Part shown: positions 37,024-49,784 of the stretch, one piece after another | Numbering within the stretch: the stretch's first letter is position 1 | Layout of the letters: each line of letters starts with the position of its first letter | NCBI GenBank assembly: GCA_050084515.1 | Contig: CM114271.1 | Location: forward strand, 37,820,001 to 37,884,000 | From: Blasia pusilla | Taxonomy: Eukaryota | Direction of reading: 5' to 3' | DNA: 64,000 nucleotides | Notes under the pieces: generated by a model | Database searches by the model: none | What the model saw: only the letters and a program-made list of their open reading frames with translations | What the model was told of the DNA's origin: nothing | Translations under genes and position numbers: made by a program

Positions 37024-40000
37024 ATGAATTCAGCGTTGTGCGAGTATTGAACCCAGGGAATCAGAATGTACTCCCGTTGCATGTTTCCTGCCGATCGAGC
37101 TAGAGCCCTTCAATTGTTTTTCGAAATTTCGTCATCAATTAGCATTGTAGGTAATTGTAAGTCAGAAACAGAATAACACCCTTGAACTCGACGCTTCCGT
37201 GTGTGTCCTAGTGCTAGCCGGCCCTGGTTCAACCAGGTTTAGTCGAGTTAGATCTAAAATCCTGGGGGTGCCATTCGGTGATGAGTTCCTGGCACAGAGT
37301 TTTTATTCCCAATTAGCTTCGGTAAGAGCTCTGATTTCTCTCAAGCCTGATGGCGTCACGGCACCGCAGGATGCACGATTTTGGAAAGTGTAGGAGTTCT
37401 GATCCCTTCTATGAATGAAAATTTGGAAGACTTTACGGGACGCTCAGTCTATTGTGTACGCACAGCGGATAGCTATTAGCAAGAGTCTCTTGAAACGCAC
37501 ACATGCAAGAAACTTGCTGAATTCTCGCAACCTGGAAAATGTCATTAATGAATGAACAGATCCAATTTGAAGGCAAGCAGAACTATCAATCAATCACTGA
37601 ACAGTTCGGCGTTGAAAGCAGCTCCCGCTTTCAGCGGCGAGCTGAATATTGCAAATGATATAGATGCAGAAGGTAGTTAGAATACGCGAAGAAGTTTTTG
37701 AAATGACCTGCGAAGCTGTATCACTTTTTATAGTCACGAGTGTAAATGAAATTAATTATGAAGAAATGTGGATTGCTAAGTGGAACCATCAGAGTTTAGG
37801 ACTAGAAGCTCGCTAGATTAAGGCTGAGAGTATTTTTCTATCTCAAAGACGGTCTACTTATTGAAGTAAAATTGAGAGCTCAAGAGACTGATCTAATGTG
37901 CGAAGGATGATGCATCTAACCATGAAAGGAGAGACTGAAATGATCCTCAAATAATTATGCGGGGAAAAACCGATAAAGTACTGTAAAGAAGCTACACTGG
38001 ACCAGTGATTGGTTCAATCTAAGAGGAGGTGCAAGCCTTTTGCGTTAACTTGGTCATCTGTGGATCTTCTTGAAAGTTCCTACAGAGTGGACGTACGTCT
38101 GGAGACGTTGAAGTCTCCAAGGGTCCCACGTGATCGATCATGTTCAGGATATGAACCGCCAGGACTTCATGCAAGTCTACCAAGGTCTCGTTCGCGGCTT
38201 CAGACGAACTCAAGTCCGGAACTACAGGACATAGGTTGCTTTCGCTTACTCCCGATCGAGAGGCCTACAAATCATCATTATCTATTACAATACTCTATAT
38301 TATTATTATTTTAGTATACATCTTACGGAGAGTGTTTCCTTGATTCGGTTAGAAAATGTACCCTTTTCGGGTTATTTAATTTTTTTTACTAAGGAACTGT
38401 GAATTTGGTTTCGTTTCTTCATAATCACAAATAGGGTTCACAAAAGGAAGACTGACCGGACAGTAAGACACATATCTCTAAAGTCCTGTCTCTAGACCGT
38501 AAGGCCGAAACATGATTCGGGAGTTTCTTTCGCGGTAATGGAGCCGGCATTGTTGGGAAATCTTTTTTATTTTCGGTAATTTTCCAATTTTTAAATTTTC
38601 TACACAGTTGTTCGGCTGAACGGGAAAAAAATTTCCTTTTGGACTTCATTCTCTACTAGTTGTAAGACAATTAATTGAGTTCAATTGTTGCTTCCCCTTT
38701 TTGGGACTAAGTTATCCACGGAAGAATTGAACTTTAAATCACACACATTTATTATTTTATTTATAATAAATACTTTAGAATTAATTACATATTATTAATT
38801 ATAATTCTACAATAATTAATTAATTAATAATAACACATTTTTCTAATAACCACAATAGAATAAAATCGAATTTTCTAAAAGACCACATTCGTCCGAATTG
38901 ATGTTAAGTACAAATATTAATTTAAAATACAAGGAGTATTATTTCTATCATAACACCCTCAGATAAACTTCATAGAAGTAAAAACATTTCTTTGTGTAAT
39001 ATTATATAGAAATAAATTATTTCTATAAATATATATACATATATAATTTTTTTTCTAATAATCCTAAAAATATATCTCTTGGTAACTGGTTTATATTAGA
39101 ATGGGTGATCCTAGATGTTTAATAAAAAAATAATCAGATAATCTGGAAAATAGTAAAATATTTGTAATTTTTTCCCTTAATTCATATTTGATGGGAAGGG
39201 AAAATGAATCTTAATTGAGAAGGAATATTGTTTCAATTTTATTGGAGGATGGAATTACTTAGGGAAATATGGGAGAAGGAATAGATTTCATTTAAATTTT
39301 AATTTAGGAATGGAATTTAATTAAGTTTCTCAATACTATGTTTTAATTTTCAAATGAGAAATATGATTATTTTTTAAAATAATATTTTTCCTATTTGATA
39401 TTTCCAACAAAAAAAAAGAGCTTCAATGGAAGACGTAATGATTTCATTAATTGAAATTGACCAAAAATTTAGATAATGGATATTATTTTGATGGAAAGAG
39501 AAGGTATTGTTCACACTTTAATAGAAAATTACAATTATCTAAAACATTTTTAAAATTTAAAATTTTAGAAATAGAGTATATTTACGGCCTCTACATGTGG
39601 GATAATTTAAGATTTCCTCTTCCAGAATCCAGGTGCGTTGTGTTTGCCTCATTTTTTTCTAAGCTCGTTACGCATGTCCAAGTGTGCATCCATATTACGT
39701 GGAGGCTTTGATACCTTCCGATGGAAACCGCTCTCACATCTCGCATTAGGTCACTAAGTTCGGATTCGCGTACTCAATCGAGCTCGCCTCCACGTTCTAT
39801 ATATCAGGAAGAACCTTTACACTAGCTCTTGGACTCTCTCATTCCCTCATGCCCTATCTACATTCTTGCCCACAGTGAGGAAGTGCAAGTGAGGTCACGC
39901 TCTACCTTGCTCTCACCGTCTCACCTTGATTTGAGTCACGGCCCTCTAGTGACTCCGTTTGCACGCGTGTTCACACTCTACCACGGTCTGCACCTCAAAA

Positions 40001-42140
40001 TTTTATTTCAATCGTGACCCTCTATTGTCTGCGTTTGCAGATGTGTTAGCTCTATAACTTACCTGAACATCTGCTCTATATCTCTATCTCTCTCTCATTT
40101 CTGCACATTTTTCTTATATCTGCTCTTGGGTCTGCTCCATTTCGTACAAGTACTTCGTTGGCCCTCTACTTCACATTCCTTTCTATTCGTCTTCATAGTT
40201 CAGGATTAGTTGTCTCTTTAAATGTTGAATCCGAAATCCTTCAGGGTACACATACGCTTATCTCAATGCGTCAACAGGTGCCACACCTATCTTTTTTTGT
40301 CTCTGAGTCTCTGATTCATTGTCTGACAAGCTCACCACCGCCACTTCATCTTAGTCACGATTACAGCTCAAATACACTAGTATATTTGATCTGCTTGATC
40401 AAATCACCACTTGATCTGCTGCTCCGAGTGGCATAGCCTCCTGTGTTTGTTTACTGAATGTATTACAATACTCACGAGCTTCTATTGGTTGTGACTAATT
40501 TTTGAATGTAATTCCTACTCGATTTCTCAAAGTCACCATATATGCTCTTATATTTGAAAACAGGAAACCCTCTCTCTCTATCTACTCTTTCGATCATTGT
40601 ATAAACTCTCATAAAATAGAATGGCAGAAGTTGTGCGGGCCATCGTCAGATCTCTTCCTCTTTTGCGCGTAGCTAGAACCGTTTCTAGTGCCTACCCTCA
40701 AGAAACCAAATGCAGGGGATAGCGTGACGAAATAGTTATATTTTTTAGAGTAGTAAGAGCGCAGATAGGCTCCCCCCTGCACACGTGAGATCATAAAGCT
40801 ACTCTAGAGGGCATGTGATTCTATCCTCATATTTCCAGATTGTAACCATAAGCGACACAGCAGTTTCTCAATACCATCATTTAGCACGGATATTCTCTAA
40901 TACGCATCAATGGCTTGCTATTCCTTCTCAGCACAGCCACGTCTAGGGTGTTTTTCTCTCCTTCCTCCGTCCAACCTTGCCATCCTATTGATCAAAACTC
41001 TATAGAAAGTCAGGAATAAATCACTAGTTCATCTCAATTACATATGTGAGATACATTATCCACATTTTGTTGTACATATTTTCAAGTATTTAATGTGTAT
41101 TTTTTACTCGCCACTTCACCAGTTTGGATATTTAGTTTGAAAGTTCATTCTGTGGTACTAAGCCTGTTCGTCCCGGCGGACAATCTTTTTTTCCCTCTTT
41201 CAAGTATCCACGCACTATTGGCCTCTACACATACCAGATTCCTACTCCGGGCATTGTGATGAAGCGGTGAACCTCATCCTCTTTAGAAGCTCAGTTTCTC
41301 ACATAAATCGAGGCAAATCTCACAATAACATTGCTCTTATTCCGTCACATACCCCTTTACCTCTTCAATCAATTACTTTTTCCCCTCAAACCTTTATTGC
41401 TGATGCTATTGGACAATAGGACATTGCATTTGGAGTTTCCTGCATATATATTCTTCTCTTTTTTTTTTCCTGGAAGTTTCTGGATTCTACCAGACACAAC
41501 TAATATGTACTTCTAAAGTTCTCAGATTGCCAAAGGTGTTAAATTGCATGTCGAGATAATCCATCTAAAAGTAATCACCTTTTGGTACACTTTAGAGGAA
41601 GTTCACGGATGTTTGAATCCATTGACTATGAATTCTTATTAATCGCACAGAGTTATTACTACAGCGTTACATTCCAGTTTGCTATTCATTCTGACAATAA
41701 TCGATCAACGAGTGCTTCTGATACGCATAATCATCTCTCTTCACTTGAACTCTTCTTGTCTGAATATCGACCACACATCAAACAAGGAACCCTACTTTGT
41801 ATCTCATATTATTTCCATCTTCTGAATTTTCAGTCCTACTGCTTGCTACAGGAATAAATCAATTCATGCATGCTTTACACTCATTTATGTTTTTCCCTCC
41901 ACATGTATCTGAGCACATCGTGATAAGTATTCACATCTTGCCAGCCGTTTGATATACATCTCATTGATATTTTAGAGTTAGCATACTATTGCTCTTTTTG
42001 TATCTAAATATTGTATATTCATGCTTCCTGTACACACTGCTGGCCTCGCCGTACACTAAGCTATAACTTCCTATTTAGATTTTCTCCTAGGTAGTACACT
42101 CGACTCTATATTTTAACAACATATTAGTTAGAACAATTCC

Positions 42141-45100
42141 ATGGATGACCAGCTTGCTCATTCAACTTGTTTTTTCGATCAGAGATTACAGATATTAGAC
42201 AATAGAGCTCCAGTATGTTTGCGGGCAAGGAATACTTCTACTCCTACCCGCCCAGTTAGAAGCAGAGACACGACTTTCTTGAAACGCAAGAAATCTCGCC
42301 TGCATATTTCTAAGCAGAGGGCTCATTATAGGCACACCTTGGAAAATCAGTTAGCCTGTAAATCTATTGCCTACTATTGGCCATTTGCTGACCAATTATT
42401 CTCCATATAGGAGTTAACGTATTTATCCATCATTTCATGGATGTTATGTTGTGGTTATTGTGGAATTGTAAAGTATTCCACTCCTAAGGATCCCATGTCC
42501 ACAATTTCCACATCTCAATATCCTCCATATGCCTTATGTAATGGTTTTCTAACTGTCTATATTATACCCATGATAGGTGAGTTTTATGCGTGTGATCCTT
42601 GTACCACTCTAGATCCAAGGACTTCACACAATGTCTACATGACACCCTCTTATATCAAGCAGATTCTAGCTCTTTATCCCCTTCATCTTCAACTACTATC
42701 AATGGTTGACTATTGTATTAGCATTATACAAAAGTATAACGGGTTCCACAAGGGATTTTTCAATGCAACATCACTTAAAGATTTGCCTCTCATAGCATGG
42801 AACTTGGACTTTACTAGTATCCATGATCTTCAAGCCACAATCACAAGTTTGACACAGATCTTGGCCATAAATGTACAGATAAACCACCCTTACAGAGACT
42901 ATAAGTGTTCACTTGAGTTGCCCAATGCATCTGCTGGCCTCGTCATTCTACCTTCTACTACAATAGACACTATTGTTAAATCATCTCAAAGTAAAGGCCA
43001 AGTAACACATAGCATGTCCCATGATCCATGTAAGCCAGATCTTAATTTGTTACAGGATGTTACTTATTCCATACCCGTTCAAAGAAGTAATGCCTCTCAT
43101 AAATCTGATAACGGCTCCATATTTTCAGAAATCAGGCCAATTATAGAGAACCTTTATTGATAGACTTATTAGGGTCTTCCAATGATAAGAGGCTAACCAT
43201 AGAAATAGGGATATTTCCCTTTCCCTTTCCTTTTCCGTATCTTTGGGGATTCTTTCCTAGTATTGGCTCTTTTTCAGATTATATGAAGTTAAGGTCAAGA
43301 CAACTATTTAGACCTTTTTCACTTTACGAGCCATATCCTATGGTTATGCACCACCTAAGACAATCCATATCCCCTTCTTCTACATCGTTATCTTGTTCTT
43401 TCACTCTTAATAGAGATCTAGAAAAATGGAGAAGAGACAAGCCACACCTACTTGAGGAAGATCCATACTTTAATCTATCAAAATATTCATTGAGCCCTCA
43501 ATTACCTGGTACTCCTGCTTGGCATCGCAAACACTTGAAAGATCTGAGAGCCATGGTAGCTAGATAAGGCATGCCCTACACCCTTACATTTGATGAAGTT
43601 TTGCCTACAAGATGGACAGAGATCGGACACATAGAGAAAATAGTAACAAATTTCAAATAGTTCATTTATATGGAGAGATACACATGCAGAGTGTGCACAA
43701 CACTTCCAAACCAGATTGCACACATTTCTCTCCGAGTACATACTCTCGAGTCCCCATATCCTTGGTCATGTTATAGATTACGTAATCAAATATGAGTTAC
43801 AAAATAGAGGTAGCCTGCATTGTCACATAGTATTCTGGATTTCTTCAAATGATATTGATAGAGTCACTTCTGAAACATGTGCTTACATTCCTAGCTCTAC
43901 ATGTTCAAATCCTCCATGACAAGAAACAAATACTAGTTCCATTAGTCCAAATTCAATACTTCTTGATTATGTGACCTCTAAAAAATTGCACCATTGTAAA
44001 GAAGGTGCTTATATAGTTAGGAAAAAAGACAAGAAACCTCATTGTAGGCCACGTTTTCCTGTTGACACAAATCTAGCCACAGTTCCATTCATTAACCCAC
44101 AAACCATGCGTTGGGACTCATTATCAACCATCTCACCTTCATCGCAATGTTATACCATACCATCCATTAGTTTTGCTGCTTTGGGAAGCACACATGAACA
44201 TACAAAGAGTCACAAATATAGATTGGTCCTTTTATCTTATCAAGTATGCATTAAAGTCAAAACCCACAGGCTCACTTGATATTGACACAGAAATTGGTAG
44301 GTGCCTTGGATTAGAAGCCTTGGATGAAGTTAGATTGAAGCTTATCTCATGAGTTGTTCTGAATCATTCAATTTCCGCAATAGAAGAAACTTTAGCATCC
44401 ATGCAAATACCTATAATATTCAGGTCCCAATCTCACAAATATATTGACTCAAACCCTCCCTCTCGAAGAACTTTGTTATACAAGAATGCTTCAATTCCTT
44501 GTATCCACCCTGTTGAGCTATACTCTAATAGACCATCCTCTTTAGAAGATTTGACTTTCACACAGTATTGGACAAGTTATGATATATATAAGAGACCTAC
44601 TAAGAAAAACATTACCACAGTTGTAGGAATTGATTCTCTTGGAAAAAGTGTTTATTCCCCATCCAGAGTTATCAAGTCTACAAAGTTTCACCCTTTACAC
44701 AAGTGGAATGAGTCCTTTTATAACCTACTTTTACAGCGTATTCCATTTAGGTCAGAGCAAGATCTTCTTCTTCGACTTCCACTCAGTGCAAACTTCTCCA
44801 TGAATGTTTACATCGTGGCATTTTTCAAGACATGGAGTCTATTACCTCATTAATACAAGCCCATCTTTGTTCAAAACTTGGAGAGATCTTGTCCATCTTT
44901 GCAAAAATAGTGTCAAAGTGTGCAAACATCTTCCAACCAAGTCTAGACAGTGATATACATTCATTCTTCGGAGGTGTTACCTCCATATCACAACCACGTT
45001 AGGAGAACAATACTACCCATATCCACACATGTAGGATACTAAACACATAACAACACAACTTATTCAAATATTTGCAAAACCTTTCCTCTACAATTTTCTT

Positions 45101-46300
45101 GCTCCAAGGATCTCCAAGTTGAGGAAAAAAAATCTTTGTAAATTTCATGTGTAAGTATTGGAGAAACAAAGGCTACTATCTCCTCCTAGCAACTACTACA
45201 AGTATTGCAGCAGTACGTCTCCATCTTGAAGCAACTATAGTACACTATGCATTTTGCATACGACTTTGTGGAGACATTCCTAACATGCATGCTACATCCG
45301 ATTCCTACATTAGGCTGTAGAGTACAGACATTGTTATTATAGATGAATGTTCTATGCTCACTCCTTGTTTGATGCAAATAATAGCCATGAGACTCAACCA
45401 AAGCAAGCCATGTTACACCAATACACCTTTTTCTAACAGATTAATTTACTTGGAAGTGACATGGCGCAGCTACCTCCTATGTGTACTCATACAGTTGAAC
45501 TTTTGTGTAGCACTTGTCACCCACTAACGTCTCCATTTCTAAGTAATTTTAAGAAGCTCGAATTAAAGACTCCAATAAGACACTCTGGCGATCTAGATTA
45601 CCTTAGATTTCTAACTGATATTAGATCCTCACTACCATCAAAATCTGAAATTTATGCTTGCTTAAAATATTGTTTTTCCAATGAATCAGAAGCTGTAGAC
45701 TTTATTTCACATGATACATTAATAGTTTGTTCATACCGCATTGATGCCCAAGTATTTAACACAGTATGTCTCAAGAGGTTCTTTGATACAATATCAATTA
45801 TTCTTGTTGGAATAGCTACTAATGCACCTTCAATTCTAGAGTTAGCATCTTGGTTAGAAGATGAAGATTTTCATTAATTGACATATATTGCAATTGGGTG
45901 CATTGTGATGCTAGCCTCTAATATGAACTTGGAAATCCAAGCTGCAAACGGCTCTCATGCCATCATCTCAGCAGTTCATTGTGTTGATCATGACATACAT
46001 TCCATAACAATTAGAATTACTTCCTCGGGTCACTTTGTCAGTGTCACAAGGTGAAGCTTTCCTTTACTAAGATATGGGTATGGTTGCAAGTATTTGAAGA
46101 GGACATTCCCATTAATTCTTGGATATGCCATGACAAGACATAAAAGCTAGGGGCTAATTGTAAATGGTCGTTTTTGTTCGTAATTAAGTCCGCCTTCATT
46201 GCTAGATTAGTTTATGTTATGCTTTCTAGAGTTTGCAATGAGCAACAGTTGCACATTCTTGGTCAACTATATCCGGATGATTTTTTGACAATTGGTCAAA
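42141..46300 (+). mobile_element. Helitron RepHel pseudogene, duplicate of 17040-21200
   Basis: Same HUH motif (YELQNRGSLHCHIVFW) and Pif1 motifs, and the same inactivating stops (AMVAR*, EDEDFH*, HKS*G). Confidence 0.9.
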
Positions 46301-48985
46301 GAACTAGTTCCCTTGCAACTTTTCTATGCCTCTACATTATGCAAATGTCTACTAGTGAGACTATTTCGAGGACCAGAGGTAAAAAGCCAATGATGACAAC
46401 ACATCAACTACATAACTCAACAACTATACCATCTCCAATCTATGATTATCATCTACATTCTCAACAGCTACAGCAACCTGCAGTAGCATCCTCTTAGCCT
46501 CAGGTCATTTCCTTGCAATAGTACACAATTTTCTCTATAGATATTCCCAAGTTCTCGATCTAACCATTGCAGAGGTTCCTAGAAGTTACATGGACTTTGC
46601 CAGTATGATACTAAATGACATTCAAAGCATTCCTCAGCCGTTTACTCCACGAACTGTTCAGCCAATTGAGAACCAAATGAGATTCTATGACAACCTTGGC
46701 CTTGTTTCATTTTTGGTACCTCTACAATTCTTTAAGTAAAAAAATTAATTGAAATAAATAAGGCCTTCAAAGAAAAGAAAAAGTACCAAGTTAAGCTAAA
46801 ATCCAACATGTTGTCCTTACACTATGATAGAGGGGGATTCGACCCCTAATTGAGTAAGAAGCTCAATCAGCCAATCTGTCATCCCCCTAGCGTACTCCCT
46901 CCCACTAATTTACTCCCAATTCAACAGTGTCAAGTACACTCGAAGCAAAATCTACAAAAATATTGAATCCAACATGTCTCAAACATTAAAAAACTCACCA
47001 AGATCAACTCATACTCTAAATGTATGTAATGAAAGCATATAAGTCGAATGAATAAAGTATATATTATATATATATATATTTTATATATATTATATATATA
47101 TATAATATATATATATTCTATCTTTAATCTTGATTTCATTATCAAGGTCACATTAGAAATCACCATTTCAATATCAATCGATTGCACATTTATTGCATCA
47201 TAAGTATACAAGGTTTTGTTATTAGATAAGCATGATCGGAAGACTTGTACCAATTATACATAACACGACAAATGCTTCCCTTTTGTCCACATACAGGCAT
47301 ATCCAACAAGTCCAAGGACCTACGACGTCTTGACCAATGTGAACCATTCTTTTAAATCATAAACAAAATATGCCCCAACAAAGATATGCTTCTTTTTGCA
47401 ACACTTGCCTCAACTGCAAGTTTTGTCTCTTTTCCCTTCTTTTTCTTTGACTTTGTTGATCTTGTGGAAGGACCAACGTTATATTTCTTAAAACTCAGAT
47501 GTTATTACATTAGTTTATACTTTCATTAAACCTCAAATATTTTGCCCCTTTTCCTCTAAAAGTTTAATATCATAATTTTATGAAACTATGAAATATCTTT
47601 TGCTTATGTCTCCTGTATCTTATCTTCCAATCACTTTTGTATGAGTTGCAACTTTGTGCAACACCGACTCCACTTAATCTCCCAATCTGGATATACATAT
47701 AATCATCCACTCGAGATGGCCATATTCTATTTCTAACTATTTATCAAAACTCAAACACATTGCTACATTTCTACTAAATTTACATGGTTTCAATATTCAT
47801 AACAACAATTCTATTTAAAGACATCAAATCTAATATATAACTTTCCAATTACAAGCTAACAAGAATTTATATTCCAAACAAATTCAATGGCTCTAAACAT
47901 GAAATCAAGATTTCACACAAACTCGGTCCTCCATCATTTGAGCAATTTTATTTTTACGTCCTTATTCCCATTCTTACCAAAATTCCCCATATATTTCATT
48001 TATTCCCTCCATGAGCCCCTTTAAAATGCCTTCCCTTTCCTATAGCGGGCGCATACTAGTTAGTATTGAAATTAAAAATATTTTTACATTATTTAAAACT
48101 CAATTTTGTAAAAAAGCACATTTTTTAGCATATACGTTGTGGACCGAATAATAGGGACCATAGTGCTTTTCTATCGCAAAAGACGTATCACTCCAAGAGT
48201 TGCAAACTCTACGATTGAAGTAGAGTTTGGAGCTCGAGACTCGTATATACTCTCGGAAGGACAGTTCTCCCAACGCAGTCATCCATCCGCAGTTTTGATC
48301 GCTGATCACCTTCGAGAAAAACTTGTCCTTACAATCCATGATGGTGGAGGGGCATGCTTCGTAAATAAAAACAAAGCACTAGACTAAAATTTTTTTGGGC
48401 ATCTGATGGCCAAATAAATCATCTCAACGATACACCCGATTGCACTCGGTTAAACGAGCTAGCTCCGGTTACCACAGACTCAATCTCACGGACTCTCATT
48501 CTTTATCTGTAACCGGACTCCATTCCATAATTGATGTTGATAAATTTAAATGATGACTTATCATGAAAATATGAACGGAAATGGTGTGAGGGACCATTTT
48601 GAATTTCAGGTGGCCATGGCTACTTGTACTAAGTCGATCACGGATACATCCCACATTTGAACGTTATGTCCAAATTTCCTAAAGGTTAAGTTTTGAAATT
48701 GACTATGTAGGTGAGCTATTGATCTGAATGAGTTTAACCGTCTGCGTCAAATTGGTGCTAAGCGTAGGGGTTCATACACTCATTATTTCGGTAATATTCA
48801 CACCAGTAGGAAAGCCAAAAGGAAAGCGCGCCCAATCTTATAATAGTTAGATTTAACTAGAAGTGTACATCTGGATTTAGTCCCATCGATCTCTTTGAAT
48901 TCATCAATACATTCAAGCGGAACATAAAGTACGAGCTGCGAAATGGGAGCGGTAAAACCGAGCGTACCGAGATTCAGCACCGGAC

Positions 48986-49784
48986 ATGGGTTCCTTCGAG
49001 TTTGTTGTGGAGTTGGCCGTGGCTCTGAGCGCCTTGTGGGCGGATTTGAAGGAGCAAAACACGGTGTTCCCCAAGCTCTTACCAGAGGTCATGAGCAACG
49101 TTGAGGAAATTGAGGTGTAGAAGGACATGTCGGCTCCATCCCAACTCATCAAGTTTGGTAAGATCACGAAAGAACATATCAGGCTCAAGAAAATTATGCA
49201 CATTACAGTGTTGATTAGTAAAGCACGATCTGTTTTATTGGTCCCATTTAGCAGTCTGTATATAAAGAGGGGGTTGAAATTACTATCTTCATCGATGGGG
49301 TTCATGGATAGCCTATTTAGTCAATTGCAAGACTTTTGGATAACATTCAACGAGAGGGAGATCTCGGATGAATGCGTGATCAATGTTGCAATTAATGGCG
49401 ATGAATGCTTAGTATCAATAGACATGACCACCTAAAATTGAATGATCCATTCTCACACCAATGCAATCCACACTTTGCAATGGCTCCCGCGGGCGCGTTC
49501 GTCAAGGAGAAGCTCATCGGCGTGGACCTCGATCTCTTGAGTGGTGATTCTAAAATCACCACTCAAGAGATCGAGGGAGGACATCTTAGTGAGGGCATAG
49601 GCTTCACCAAGTGGATTACCATCATGACCATCAGGGCCGTCGACGATGACAAGTGCAAGGTGCACGTCACCATCGAGTATCAGGAAGGCTCAGAAATGCC
49701 ATTCCTGGCATCGTCGAAAAAGCGCATAGAGCAGTCACACATTTGTTCAAGGCAATCGAAGAAAATATCCAGAACAAGGCGTAG
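48986..49784 (+). pseudogene. PR-10-like pseudogene (fourth pair, plus gene)
   Basis: ATG at 48986. Frameshifting indels in exon 1 (gaggtgtagaag), acceptor CAG>CAA at ~49480, frameshift in exon 2. Promoter and partner exon 1 are removed by a fusion at ~48967. Confidence 0.85.
49527..49576. repeat. Perfect 23-bp inverted repeat with 4-nt loop, unique to the pseudogene
   Basis: cctcgatctcttgagtggtgatt-ctaa-aatcaccactcaagagatcgagg. Confidence 0.95.
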
